A stretch of DNA of 64,000 nucleotides, taken from contig OY969559.1 in NCBI GenBank assembly GCA_963701075.1, positions 416,001 through 480,000 on the forward strand, read 5' to 3'. The notes under the pieces were generated by a model, which made no database searches, had not been told where the DNA came from, and worked only from the letters and a program-made list of their open reading frames with translations. A program made the translations under genes and the position numbers. Positions 20,981 to 31,924 of this stretch are shown piece after piece; the stretch's first letter is position 1; each line of letters starts with the position of its first letter. Source of the stretch: an uncultured Nitrososphaerota archaeon. GTDB lineage: Archaea; Thermoproteota; Nitrososphaeria; Nitrososphaerales; Nitrosopumilaceae.

Positions 20981-21733
20981 TTGACGTTGGCTTTCCAAAA
21001 AGGCACTCTAGTTCTGGCAGACTATACTGCCAAGGTAAAAGACACAAACGAAGTCTTTGAAACTACAAGAGAAGCTGACGCAAAGTCTGGCAACATCTTT
21101 GATGCAAATGTAAAGTATCAACCAAGACTTGTCTCAGTGGGAGAGTCCTGGGTGCTCAAGGGACTAGATGATGCACTCTTGGCTGCAAATGCAGGCGACA
21201 AGCTTACAGTAGAAGTGCCACCAGAGAAGGGATTTGGAACACGGGATCCTGCCAAAGTAAGAATGATTCCACTGCGAAAGCTAGGCGATGATGCAGAGAA
21301 GGTATCTGTCGGCGATGCAATTGAACTTGATGAAAGAACTGGAATTATCAGATTCATTGGCTCAGGGCGAGTCCAAGTTGATTTCAACCACAGGTTTGCC
21401 GGTAGAACAATTTTGTATGATGTTAATGTATTAAAATCACTTGACACTGATCAGGACAAAATCTTGGGACTGCTCAAAAGGAGGTTCCCACTAGATGAAT
21501 CCAAACTAAAATTTGAGATAAAGGGAACGCAGCTTGACATCAACATACCAGACGAGGCACTTATGATGGAAGGCCTCCAGGTGGTAAAGCGAGCAATAGC
21601 AAATGAGGTATTCAAGTTTGTATCAACACTTGACAAAATTAACTTTGTAGAATCATACAGCAAGGCAAAGCCGCAGGAAAAGCCAGCAGAGCAAAAGGCT
21701 GAAGCCGCACCAGCACAACCAAAAGCAGCCTAG
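20981..21733 (+). CDS. slyD: Long-type FKBP peptidyl-prolyl isomerase
   Basis: VFETT, PPEKGFG.RD, VDFNHRFAG. Confidence 0.9.
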   Translation: MTLAFQKGTLVLADYTAKVKDTNEVFETTREADAKSGNIFDANVKYQPRLVSVGESWVLKGLDDALLAANAGDKLTVEVPPEKGFGTRDPAKVRMIPLRKLGDDAEKVSVGDAIELDERTGIIRFIGSGRVQVDFNHRFAGRTILYDVNVLKSLDTDQDKILGLLKRRFPLDESKLKFEIKGTQLDINIPDEALMMEGLQVVKRAIANEVFKFVSTLDKINFVESYSKAKPQEKPAEQKAEAAPAQPKAA

Positions 21734-22770
21734 AGAACGCCAGTACTTTTTGCAAGAGAGATTGCTTTTTCTCCAGTCATCTTCATCTCACTTAGTATGG
21801 TGTATCTTTCTGGCCTCAATGATTGTGCAATGGAGAGCGCCTCTGCCAAAATTTCAGACGAAAGCCCAATCTCTTTTGCAGTTGTAGGGGCTCCGACATT
21901 TTTTAGCATCTGGATTATTTTTTTCCAGTCCTGGCCCTGGAGCTTTGCAATCAGTATGGCACCAATTCCGCATTTTTCGCCGTGCAATCCTATGCCTGGC
22001 TCCAGATAATCTATAGCATGTGAGAACAAGTGTTCTGCACCAGAGCACGGCCTGCTAGAGCCTGCAATGCATGCGGCAACACCAGAACTTATCAGGGCCT
22101 CTACAATCATTCTAACATCAGGTTTTTTCTTGAAATTTTTCGAGTTGTCAATTACAATTTTTGCGCTCATTGATGCCAAATTTGCAGCATAGGTGCCAAA
22201 ATATTCTCCAACTTTGTCTCGTGCAAGCTCCCAGTCGCGCACGGCAGTTACCTTTGCCATGAGATCGCCGCAGCCGCTTGCAATAAGCCTGTGCGGTGCC
22301 CTTTTTAGAATCTCGATATCAACAAAGACCCCAAGCGGTGCTGTAGCAACAATAGAATACGGCCTGTCGCCGCGCAGTGAGACAAACGGGCTTGCAATGC
22401 CGTCATGTGACGCAGACGTTGGAACACTGACAAATGGTTTTTTGAGCTTGAATGCAATCATCTTTGCAATATCAACAGACCTGCCGCCGCCAATTCCTAC
22501 AATAAGATCGCTCTTGTCCTTTTTTACCTCAAGCAGAATCTTATTTGTAGACTCGACATCGTTGCTTGTACTGCGGTGCCAGACATTTTTTATCTTTAAT
22601 TTACCAAGTGACTTTGTTACTTTTTCGTACGTAATCTTTCTTACCTGATCGCCTGAGACAAAAGAAACTTTTCTTGGATTTGCAAGGCCTTGCAGAAAAC
22701 TTCCAATATCTCCGATGTTTTTCTCGCCTACAACTATCTGCCTTGGCAATTCCATGACGTGGGAAGGCAT
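21730..22770 (-). CDS. egsA: sn-glycerol-1-phosphate dehydrogenase
   Basis: GGGRSVD, PTSASHDGIAS, SSRPCSGAEH, LHGE, ERYTIL. Confidence 0.95.
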   Translation of the reverse strand: MPSHVMELPRQIVVGEKNIGDIGSFLQGLANPRKVSFVSGDQVRKITYEKVTKSLGKLKIKNVWHRSTSNDVESTNKILLEVKKDKSDLIVGIGGGRSVDIAKMIAFKLKKPFVSVPTSASHDGIASPFVSLRGDRPYSIVATAPLGVFVDIEILKRAPHRLIASGCGDLMAKVTAVRDWELARDKVGEYFGTYAANLASMSAKIVIDNSKNFKKKPDVRMIVEALISSGVAACIAGSSRPCSGAEHLFSHAIDYLEPGIGLHGEKCGIGAILIAKLQGQDWKKIIQMLKNVGAPTTAKEIGLSSEILAEALSIAQSLRPERYTILSEMKMTGEKAISLAKSTGVL

Positions 22771-22874
22771 GAGCTTTTCTTCAAGCCTCGTTATTTATCA
22801 ATTGTCAGTACGATCCAAAGTTTATTAAACGGTGGAATCCTATTCAAAACATCTCTAGTTAGGTAGAATGTTAT

Positions 22875-23507
22875 TTGTCAGACTATATTGAACAGCACAC
22901 ATATCATGGAACAACGACGGTAGGAATAACCTGCACCGATGGTGTAGTCCTATGCGCCGATATGAGAGCAAGCGCTGGCTATTTCATAGCAAACAACAAC
23001 ACGATGAAGATTCAAAAAATAGACAACCATGCAGGCATGACAATAGCAGGTGGAGTGGCAGATGCCCAAAATGTCACTGACATGCTAAGATATCATTGCA
23101 ACCTCCACAGAGTAGACAAGGGAGAATATCTTCCAATAAAATCAATTGCAAGGCTTGCCTCGCTAATATTCTTCCAAAATAGATACTATCCATTTATCGC
23201 CGACATTTTAGTAGGCGGATATGACAAACAAGGACCGGCATTGTACAACATAGACATGTTTGGTTCTCTTGAACAGAAAAAATATGTTACAACAGGAAGT
23301 GGCTCTCCAGTCGCATACGGTTTGCTTGAAAGCGAATATCGCGACGGACTTTCAGTAGAGGAAGGAAAAACAATTGCTCTTCGAGCAGTCAAGGGTGCGA
23401 TAACAAGAAACATTGGAACAGGTGACGGAATTAATGTCGCAATCATTGACAAGCAAGGATACCAACTCTTAACAAAAGAACAGAAGAAAGCCATAATTAC
23501 GCTTTAG
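22875..23507 (+). CDS. psmB: Proteasome beta subunit
   Basis: GTTTVG propeptide cleavage site, ADMRAS, TGSGSP. Confidence 0.95.
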   Translation: MSDYIEQHTYHGTTTVGITCTDGVVLCADMRASAGYFIANNNTMKIQKIDNHAGMTIAGGVADAQNVTDMLRYHCNLHRVDKGEYLPIKSIARLASLIFFQNRYYPFIADILVGGYDKQGPALYNIDMFGSLEQKKYVTTGSGSPVAYGLLESEYRDGLSVEEGKTIALRAVKGAITRNIGTGDGINVAIIDKQGYQLLTKEQKKAIITL

Positions 23508-23514
23508 TGATTTA

Positions 23515-25446
23515 ATGCAAAGAAATAAGCAACAACGCGAAATATCTCCATTACCCAATATCATGGGCACCATACTGCAAAGTATACCAAAAGAGGCAGA
23601 GGTAACCAAGATAGAGTATGAGGGTCCAAGAATTGCAATCTATACAAGAAATCCGCGCTACCTGATGGAGCACAACGAAGTAATCTCCAACATGGTAAAT
23701 GTGATAAAAAAGAGAATTGTTGTCAGAACAGAAGAGTCTATTCGAAAAACAGAGGAGGAAGCAAGACAGATTCTCGTCCAGATGCTTCCAAAGGAGATTG
23801 ACCTGCGAGGCACATTCTTTGATACTGCAATTGGGGAGCTGACAGTGGAGGTAAAGCACCCATGGCTTCTAAATAATATGCCGTCTTTTAATTTGGCAGA
23901 CCTTGTATCAAAGACAGGCTGGCGTGTGAAAATAAGAAAGGCAACTACCATCCAGTCACAAACAATCCAGACAATAAACTATAACCTCAAGATATCATCA
24001 ACTGAGAGAAGCAAGCACCTGCGACAGGTAGGCGAGCAGATATTTCGACCAAAATTATCAGAAGACGCCGAGGTCTCACTTACCACACTTGGCGGATTCA
24101 GCCAGGTAGGCAGATCCTGCATGCTACTTACCACGCACGAGTCCAAGGTACTGATAGACTGTGGTGTCAACCCTGGCGCCAAAAGCCCTCTAGAAGCCTA
24201 TCCGCGGCTTGACTGGGCAAATATTACACTAGACGAGCTTGATGCCGTTGTTATCAGTCATGCCCACCTTGACCATACAGGATTTTTGCCCGTCCTTTTC
24301 AAATATGGCTACAAGGGGCCAATCTATTGTACAGAGCCTACACTGCCAATGATGAACTTGATTCAGCTTGATGCAATAAAGGTGGCAGCAGCCCAAGGCA
24401 GAATTCCGTTATACGCTGAGCGAGATGTCAAGCAGGTAATGAAGCAGACAATACCTCTTGCATATGGAACTGTCACAGATATATCGCCTGACATTAAACT
24501 TGTATTTTCAAATGCAGGACACATACTTGGTTCTGCATCATGTCACTTCCATATAGGAAACGGGAACCACAACTTTGTCTACACTGGAGATCTAAAGTAT
24601 GGCAAATCGATGCTCTTTGACAGTGCATCATGGAATTTCCCAAGAGTTGAGACATTATTGATAGAGAGCACGTATGGCGCAAAAGAAGACATCCAGGCAA
24701 CAAGAGAAGAAGTGGAAGGCACGTTTATCAGGTCAGTAAACGAGACACTGCGAAACGGCGGCAAGGTGCTAATTCCAATTCCAGCTGTTGGCCGTGCACA
24801 GGAATTGATGATGGTAATTGATCAATACATGAAGGCAGGACAGATAATGGAAGCACCTGTATTTACAGAAGGAATGATATCAGAGGCAACTGCAATACAT
24901 GAAGCATATCCGGAATATCTGACACGAGACCTGCGAGAAAAGATTTTGAGTACAGAAGAGAATCCATTTGATTCTGAATATTTCACAAACATAGAACACT
25001 CTGATGCGCGAGAAGAGGCGCTCCGCGAGGGACCCTGCATTATCATGGCAACATCTGGAATGCTCGAAGGCGGCCCAGTGCTTGAATATTTCAAAAACAT
25101 TGCACCGTCACAGAAGAACAAGGTCTTGTTTGTGTCATACCAGGTAAATGGAACCCTGGGAAGAAGGGTACTTGACGGCTCAAGACAGGTCTCAGTAGTT
25201 GGAAGGGACGGAAAGATTGAGGTAATAAACATAAACTGTTCGACTGAAAAACTTGATGGGTTTTCAGGACACAGTGACTATAACCAATTGATGTCATATG
25301 TTCACAAGCTCAGGTCAAAGCTTAGACGGGTTATAGTAAACCACGGTGAGCGCAGAAAGTGCGAGAACCTTGCAAGCTCGATTCACAGAATGTTTAGAAT
25401 TTCAACAACATGTCCGCAAGTGCAAGAAGGCATTAGGCTGCTTTGA
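23515..25446 (+). CDS. fttA: KH-domain beta-CASP ribonuclease aCPSF1 (transcription termination factor FttA)
   Basis: EYEGP, SHAHLDH, AGHILGS, FSGHSD, NHGE; conserved linkage to psmB. Confidence 0.95.
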   Translation: MQRNKQQREISPLPNIMGTILQSIPKEAEVTKIEYEGPRIAIYTRNPRYLMEHNEVISNMVNVIKKRIVVRTEESIRKTEEEARQILVQMLPKEIDLRGTFFDTAIGELTVEVKHPWLLNNMPSFNLADLVSKTGWRVKIRKATTIQSQTIQTINYNLKISSTERSKHLRQVGEQIFRPKLSEDAEVSLTTLGGFSQVGRSCMLLTTHESKVLIDCGVNPGAKSPLEAYPRLDWANITLDELDAVVISHAHLDHTGFLPVLFKYGYKGPIYCTEPTLPMMNLIQLDAIKVAAAQGRIPLYAERDVKQVMKQTIPLAYGTVTDISPDIKLVFSNAGHILGSASCHFHIGNGNHNFVYTGDLKYGKSMLFDSASWNFPRVETLLIESTYGAKEDIQATREEVEGTFIRSVNETLRNGGKVLIPIPAVGRAQELMMVIDQYMKAGQIMEAPVFTEGMISEATAIHEAYPEYLTRDLREKILSTEENPFDSEYFTNIEHSDAREEALREGPCIIMATSGMLEGGPVLEYFKNIAPSQKNKVLFVSYQVNGTLGRRVLDGSRQVSVVGRDGKIEVININCSTEKLDGFSGHSDYNQLMSYVHKLRSKLRRVIVNHGERRKCENLASSIHRMFRISTTCPQVQEGIRLL

Positions 25447-25544
25447 TTATAGCCAGAGTTTGGTGAATTGAGACAAAGCAAGACGCCTCTGTAAATACTA
25501 CTTTGTTAAGTAAGATTTGTATACATAGAATGTATAGTTATAAC

Positions 25545-25667
25545 ATGCAACGATCAGTAAAGAAAGATGAGGTTTCATTGGGTTTACCAGAAAATGAGCC
25601 TATTGAACATGCAGAAAAGGACATGGATGTTCTAACGAAAAAGATTATGAAAGACCATTGGGATTAG
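25545..25667 (+). CDS. Short putative antitoxin, 40 aa
   Basis: Acidic ORF ending 7 nt before the mazF-like gene. Confidence 0.45.
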   Translation: MQRSVKKDEVSLGLPENEPIEHAEKDMDVLTKKIMKDHWD

Positions 25668-25674
25668 CCCATTA

Positions 25675-26028
25675 TTGACTTTTCGATTTAGTATCAAGGC
25701 AGGAGATATTATTCTTGCAAAACCCAATTACCAGGATCAAGCAGATAATTATGTCAGACCACTTTTAGTCATTTCAAAATCAGGGTTCCACCAAGATAGC
25801 GGATTTTTTGTTTGCGCAGGTATTACAACAAACCAAACCCCAGATAAATATTTGATTCCAATTACTCTACAAGACACAAGTCCAAGACTCAAAGAAAAAT
25901 CACAAGTAATGTGCAAAAGAATAGTAACAATAAGAGAAGATGCCATAATAAATAAAATCAGTTCTGTTACTTCTAATTTTTATACCAGAATTAAAACCCA
26001 GATACAAAGAGATATTTTAGATTTTTAG
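25675..26028 (+). CDS. PemK/MazF family toxin
   Basis: GDII...RPLLVIS...ITT...S.VMC.RI.TI. Confidence 0.85.
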   Translation: MTFRFSIKAGDIILAKPNYQDQADNYVRPLLVISKSGFHQDSGFFVCAGITTNQTPDKYLIPITLQDTSPRLKEKSQVMCKRIVTIREDAIINKISSVTSNFYTRIKTQIQRDILDF

Positions 26029-26187
26029 TTCATCTTCGGCTCACCTCTTGAGATTGCAAGAAGACATCAGACTAAAATTATTATGGCCAGAGTTTCCAAT
26101 ATTAAATAGGCGAATTTTTAGATGTGAAAAATACGCCATATTTTAAAAGAAAGATATTTGTATATTATAATGAACAGGTGATGTACA

Positions 26188-26397
26188 ATGTCTAGTATTG
26201 AAAGCCAATTTCTAACATCTATGAAAAATAGAAAAGCATACACTGGCAAGTGGATTGCCATTCTAGACAAAAAAATAATTGCAGAAGGAAAAGATCTAAA
26301 ACAAGTGTATAAAGAGGCAATGAAAAAGTCGAAATCTAGAACGCCTTTGTTTGAACAAATCCCAGAAAAAGACGGCGAAGAGACTCTGATTCTCTAA
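26188..26397 (+). CDS. DUF5678-like small protein
   Basis: Y.GKWIAI....IIAEGKD...V. Confidence 0.7.
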   Translation: MSSIESQFLTSMKNRKAYTGKWIAILDKKIIAEGKDLKQVYKEAMKKSKSRTPLFEQIPEKDGEETLIL

Positions 26398-26508
26398 AAC
26401 GTATTAATTCCTTTTTTACTTAATAATCTATTTTTCTACTTACAATTATGTTGGTGGGGACAGATTCATGCAATCCTAAATATGTGATAAAAGATAGATA
26501 ATGTAAAC

Positions 26509-26649
26509 ATGCAACGAGCAAAATCCAAGAAAGCAGACGACATAACACCTCAGGAAAAAGCAGATGTAAAAGAATTCTACAAGGCAAAAGCAGAGGGAAA
26601 AACAAAGACAAGTACTTTAAAGGAATTACTCAAAGAATTAGATAGTTAA
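26509..26649 (+). CDS. Putative antitoxin, 46 aa, followed by a truncated RelE-like remnant
   Basis: TPQE...KAEGK....LKELLKEL; followed by MWQFQYYKEFIKQYKKL fragment. Confidence 0.55.
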   Translation: MQRAKSKKADDITPQEKADVKEFYKAKAEGKTKTSTLKELLKELDS

Positions 26650-26858
26650 TTTGTGGCAATTTCAATATTACAAAGAATTTATCAAACAATACAAGAAATT
26701 AGGTTCTCAAAGTTCAACCAGAAAAAGTGTTTTACATGAAACCCTAAATTTTACTGGTGGGTCTTAGACTCAAGATATGATTGAAAATAAAAATTAAAGA
26801 TCGGGATGAACTAATTTATACACTTGATTAGTGAAATATTGTTTATGCGTGGTACCGT

Positions 26859-28478
26859 GTGAGTAGCGCAAATTCTGCGTCAGACAGCCCTCTGAAAAAT
26901 ACCCTGTACCGATTTCTATGGATTACAATGTTTGCATCAGACATAGGTGCCTCCATGCAAACTGTTGGTTCTGGATGGCTGATGACATCGCTTGCACTCT
27001 CCCCGTTTCTTGTCTCACTCTTACAAGCTATGACAAGCTTGTCGGTATTTCTGCTTGCACTTCCTGCGGGAGCTCTTGCTGATATTGTTGACAGGCGCAA
27101 GCTCTTTCTTGCCACGCAATACTTTTCGCTTGCAGTAGCTGTAATCTTGACCCTGCTTACCTTTGGAGGCTTGACAACATCATCAATTCTTCTTGTGTTT
27201 ACTCTATTGCTTGGCTTGGGAAATGCAATGAGCCTGCCTGTAAATATTGTAATCCAGACTGAGATTGTGCCAAAGAAAAAGGCCCTTGCTGCGCTGACCT
27301 TGTTTAGCGTGGCAATTTACATAGGACTTGCAGTAGGCCCACTCATTGGAGGGCTGGTGGTTGCAGCAGCTGGACCTGGGGCTGTCTTTATGCTAAATGC
27401 GCTTTCCTTTGTTGGAATCATTGTCTTTTTGCACAGGTGGCGCAAGCCTCAAGAGCGCAACCTTCTTCCCCCCGAGCAGGTGATCGGGGCTATTCGTACG
27501 GGGTTACAGTACATGCGTCATTCATTGCACGTGCGAGCACTCTTGGTCCGAGACTTTGCAATAACAATTTGTGGCAGCGCGCTTGTATCGCTATTGCCGC
27601 TATTGGCCCGCAACGAGGCAGGCTCTAACTCTATTCTTTTTGGAATCTTGGTTGGCGCGTTTGGCATAGGGGGGCTGGTCAGTGGCCTGGTCATAGTTCC
27701 GCGGATAAAAATATCAATTGAAAAGCGCGTGGCAAGTGCGACAATTTTGTATGCTGCTGCAATGGCTGTCATATCGCTCCAGCATGGAATCATTACATTG
27801 TTTGTTGGAGTGTTTGCAGTTGGAACTGCATTGATTGTCATGACATCGAGCCTGAACTTTGTTGCATACAATTCTGTATCGTCATGGGTGAAAACGCGTG
27901 TAGTATCGGTTCACCAGATGATGTATTGGGGCGGAGTGGCATTTGGAAGTATCGTGTGGGGAGCTGTTGCAGAGATCTGGGGAATCCAGACAGCATTGCT
28001 TGCCGCATCAATTGGAATGGTAATTGGACTTGTTACATCAACTCGCTACAAGCTAAAGTCACTTTCTGATGTGGACCTTACTCCATCAATGCACTGGGCC
28101 ATGCCCCGTACCATGATTGACATTGATGACCACGAGGAGGGATCTGTATTGGTAGAAGTAGAGTATCTGATCGATCCCACACGCTCGCAGGAATTTGAAT
28201 CTGCAATGAACGATGTGCGCTCGCTGGTGCTGCGAGATGGTGCAATCAACTGGGGTCTGTATCATGATGTTGAAAATCCAAGTCGTTATGTTATGATGTT
28301 CACATCTGAATCTTGGACTGAACACTTGCGCCAGCATGAACGAATCACAAAATCAGATATGGCAATTGAAGAGCATGCAAGATCGTTCCACATAGGAAAA
28401 GATCCTCCGCGAATATCACACCTCATCAGTGAGGATACTTCCAAAAATCATAACACCAAAAAAGAAGACAAGGCTTGA
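26859..28478 (+). CDS. MFS transporter (MFS_3/DUF894 type with soluble C-terminal domain)
   Basis: About 12 hydrophobic segments; ALPAGALAD.VDRR; RDGA..WG; W.EHLRQHER. Confidence 0.9.
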   Translation: MSSANSASDSPLKNTLYRFLWITMFASDIGASMQTVGSGWLMTSLALSPFLVSLLQAMTSLSVFLLALPAGALADIVDRRKLFLATQYFSLAVAVILTLLTFGGLTTSSILLVFTLLLGLGNAMSLPVNIVIQTEIVPKKKALAALTLFSVAIYIGLAVGPLIGGLVVAAAGPGAVFMLNALSFVGIIVFLHRWRKPQERNLLPPEQVIGAIRTGLQYMRHSLHVRALLVRDFAITICGSALVSLLPLLARNEAGSNSILFGILVGAFGIGGLVSGLVIVPRIKISIEKRVASATILYAAAMAVISLQHGIITLFVGVFAVGTALIVMTSSLNFVAYNSVSSWVKTRVVSVHQMMYWGGVAFGSIVWGAVAEIWGIQTALLAASIGMVIGLVTSTRYKLKSLSDVDLTPSMHWAMPRTMIDIDDHEEGSVLVEVEYLIDPTRSQEFESAMNDVRSLVLRDGAINWGLYHDVENPSRYVMMFTSESWTEHLRQHERITKSDMAIEEHARSFHIGKDPPRISHLISEDTSKNHNTKKEDKA

Positions 28479-28638
28479 TTTTTCTGCAAAAATGTCTCCA
28501 AAATGCCCCATTATGAGTATATTCCACCAAGACTTTCTAAATTCAATTACAATGTAATCAAGATCTTCAAATAACAAAAATCAAAAAATGTTTTAATAAA
28601 AATTTCAATTGTTAAACATCAAATCATGACGTCATTAA

Positions 28639-28917
28639 TTATTTTAGATCGTATTCTGCTTTCCAGATCTTGACACCAGCTGGAGTCACAATAATTCTCT
28701 CCTCTCCAAGCCTTGCAATATCTGCATCTTGCGCCTTTGCTACACTGTAAATCTCTTCTACCACTTTTCTTAGCTCGTCGACATTTTTTTGTGCAAGTGG
28801 GGTAACCCGCAGGACCAAGATCATGCCCTTTTTGATATCTTCTTTTACAGTATGGATATCGCTCTGGTCTCGAAGCGTAATCGCCTTGAGAAAGGTCGGG
28901 GCCGCCTGCTTTTGCAT
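28639..28917 (-). CDS. sepF: Cell division protein SepF
   Basis: DIARLGEERIIVTPAGVKI. Confidence 0.85.
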   Translation of the reverse strand: MQKQAAPTFLKAITLRDQSDIHTVKEDIKKGMILVLRVTPLAQKNVDELRKVVEEIYSVAKAQDADIARLGEERIIVTPAGVKIWKAEYDLK

Positions 28918-28990
28918 ACGATTGGTAGGATCTCAGCTCCCTCAAAAAGTCTTTGTAGTCAATTGTAATTCACAGACTAGGTTGTTCGTG

Positions 28991-29998
28991 CTAGAGCATG
29001 AATTTCAGGTAGTCTTGTTCGGAAATGGCACCTGCTGGAATTTCAGAGTGGGTCTCATTTTTTTGCACCAGCATGACACCTGTCGAGTCCTTTGGTGCAT
29101 CAGAGTATCGGAATGTTATATCGGATGATATTTTTAGATTATTTTGGGAATCGTCTCCGCGCAAAAGCGATATTGGTCCCATGTGTTCCTTTGTCTCAAA
29201 CAATGTGTCCCCCGGGAGAGCAAGTGCCTTTAGTATCTCGTTTTCGTCCTTGTTTCTTCCAACAATTAATTTTGTGTTACCATCAAATCGGAAATGTCTT
29301 CCAATCTTTAGCAGATCAATATCATTTGTTGTCGGAGTTTCGGTATGTCGGAAAAGATCTTTTGCTCGTATTGCAAATCTTGGATCAGTAAGCAGGCAAC
29401 CACCTCCTGCATTTGGTGGATCAACAAAACCGAACTGCTCTGCCATCTTTAGCTGCTCTTTTCTTGTTCGTCCGCGAATCATGCCGAGATTTTCTCGCTT
29501 GATTATTCCCCTCTCTTCCGGCTCTGTCTTTGGTAATAACGCACCAGAGAGTGGCCTTACAATTTTTCCTTCTAGTCCTGATTCTTTTTCTATTGTTCTC
29601 AGTGCCGGACCATGCTGTGACATTGGTCGCTGTCCCAGTACTTCACCTGAGATGATAAACTCTGCACCGATATCTTCCATCACTTGTTTTCCAGCCTTGA
29701 ACATCATTGCACGGCAGTCAATACAAGGATTCATTCCGGAACCAAATCCGTGCTTTGGATGCTTTAGCATCTGGATGTAATCGTCTCCAAGATATACTGT
29801 TTTTAGATCGACTCCCAGCATGTCTGCTGTTCCTCGAATTTCAAAACCGCATCCTCTTCCACAATCAAAATCACAAAACGGAGTTTTTATTGCAACAGCG
29901 GTAACATCAAAGCCCTGGTTTTGCATCATTTTTACAGCTAGTCTGCTGTCCAGTCCGCCTGATAGTAAAGCTACAACTTTTTTCTTTTCTTCTGCCAC
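28991..29998 (-). CDS. ThiI/MnmA-like PP-loop tRNA thiolase-family protein
   Basis: LLSGGLDS, NPCIDCR, GEVLGQRPMSQ, GGCLLTD, GRHFR; GTG start at 29998. Confidence 0.85.
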   Translation of the reverse strand: MAEEKKKVVALLSGGLDSRLAVKMMQNQGFDVTAVAIKTPFCDFDCGRGCGFEIRGTADMLGVDLKTVYLGDDYIQMLKHPKHGFGSGMNPCIDCRAMMFKAGKQVMEDIGAEFIISGEVLGQRPMSQHGPALRTIEKESGLEGKIVRPLSGALLPKTEPEERGIIKRENLGMIRGRTRKEQLKMAEQFGFVDPPNAGGGCLLTDPRFAIRAKDLFRHTETPTTNDIDLLKIGRHFRFDGNTKLIVGRNKDENEILKALALPGDTLFETKEHMGPISLLRGDDSQNNLKISSDITFRYSDAPKDSTGVMLVQKNETHSEIPAGAISEQDYLKFML

Positions 29999-30095
29999 GA
30001 AAGCAAAGTTTTGATTCCAATATCTAAATGTTCCAAGCTGTATATCGTGTATGTTTCCAGCAAACATAAATGGAGATTGTTCCAGATCTGGAACA

Positions 30096-31158
30096 ATGCA
30101 GAGCCGCAGAAAAAATCTAATAAAATTTTGCAATAAACTAGAATGTGATACTCTTGTTGCCTTTGAGCCTGAGAACCTATATTACATGACCGGCTTTTGG
30201 GGAGAAGCCATAGGGATACTTGACAAGAGTGGAGCTGACTATCATTGCACCAGAGCTTGAGGTGGGCCGCGCAAAGGAAGAGTCTGTAAACTGTAGGGTG
30301 GTAAAGTCAGAGCGTGGAAAAGGGTCTATCTCTACTTTGATTGATGTTGTGAAAAACAAAAAGATCTGCACTGATACCAACAACTATGACATGGTACTAT
30401 CACTCAAGAAAAGCCTTCCAAGGGTAAGGTCTACTACAGAGCCCTTCTACCAGGCACGCCAGGTAAAGGATTCTGGCGAGATTGGTATACTCAAAAAGTG
30501 CTCGGAGATACTTGACGGGATGTATGAGCTCTGCGTGGACGAAATTAGGATAGGTATGTCAGAGATGGAGCTCCAGAGTATTTTGATGTCGTATGCGATG
30601 GAGCGTGGTGCATTTGCTACAGGATACAAGTCCACGCTCCAGCCCTTGATTATAGCTGGGGGGCCAAACAGTGCCCTTCCGCATGCACAGGTGACCGAGC
30701 GCAGGTTTCAGGATGGCGACATGATTGTGGCAGACCTTACATTGCGGCACAAGGGGTATGTCTCTGATGCAACTAGGACATTTGGTCTTGGTAGTATAAC
30801 GGCAGAGGCAAAGAAAGTCTATGATATAGTAAAAACATCGCAAGAAGCAGGCCTTAGGGCAGTGCGACCCGGTGTTTCCTGCAAGTCAGTTGATGATGCA
30901 TGTCGAAAAATTATTGTAAATAAAGGATACGGAAAGTATTTCATTCATTCTACAGGTCATGGTATCGGGCTAGAAGTGCATGAGCTGCCAAACCTCGGAC
31001 CGTCAAGCAAGGCGGTATTATCAAAGAACATGGCAATAACAGTAGAGCCTGGAATTTATCTGCCAGGAAAATTTGGTGTGCGAATTGAGGATTCCTTGAT
31101 TGTTGGTGCAAAACCTGATGTGATGCACCATTTTACAAAAGAATTGATTGTTGTTTGA
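30096..31158 (+). CDS. pepP: Xaa-Pro aminopeptidase (M24), frameshifted near 30237
   Basis: PENLYYMTGF in the first frame; SD.TRT, HSTGHGIGLEVHE, EPGIY, GVRIED in the second; net +1. Confidence 0.88.
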
Positions 31159-31285
31159 GTAGCTAATTTATGATTTTATATTTAACGATTATTTCTTTAC
31201 AAGACTAACAATCATTAGTTAAAGATGTCAATTCCAAAATATGAGATTTGTAGATCCGAGCATTACTTTAACCATATTTCAGAAA

Positions 31286-31784
31286 TTACAGAATCACATC
31301 AACATGAAATACCGTATCTCGTGTGATTATTGCGTAATCGGAATCAGGCGTAATCTTTCTAACATGATAGTCCAGTGTTTTTTCAAAATATGGTAAAGAT
31401 ATCTTGTCATCTTTTGCTACTGCACGATCCTCAAGAAAATCCCTGAGATATTGTTCTGTTCCACTTGGAACATTATTTAATGGAATTACGTTTATTTTGG
31501 AAGCAATTAATGGTTTGACCTTTCTAATAGTAACTTTATCGCCTATCTTTGTACCTGAATTTGATCTAACGATACCATCAATTCGGATTAATTTCTTGTA
31601 TCGTGTCCATGCAAAGTGAGGTTTACATCTTGCCACTGTTTGATACCTGCCTGAGATCTCGATAACATCACCCGTTGTTACGTCAATTTCATCCATAACC
31701 TCGTAGACTTATTCTGGCTACTCCAGTGCGTATCTGAGAGGGATTTGCTTTTCCAAGTATGAGAGAAACAGATTTGTCTTTCAC
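31286..31784 (-). CDS. Stand-alone CDC48/VAT N-terminal domain protein, 5' frameshift
   Basis: GVARI..., GDVIEI.G..T.A, IRIDG..R.N.G..IGD.V; no AAA domain. Confidence 0.75.
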
Positions 31785-31924
31785 AAGTAAACCTTTATGA
31801 TTTCATATTAACGAGATCATTGTAGCAAAACTTTACTTTCAGCTAAGGAATTTTTTGTTTACCATTAAAATGGTTATTGTAAATGTCAGGTAGTTTTCTT
31901 TTCCGGCAGATAAATTCAATGAAT

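Noticed and set aside
29025-29780. 251-aa + strand ORF
   Set aside because: Antisense shadow of the ThiI-like gene with no motifs; the same applies to the many short antisense ORFs in the track
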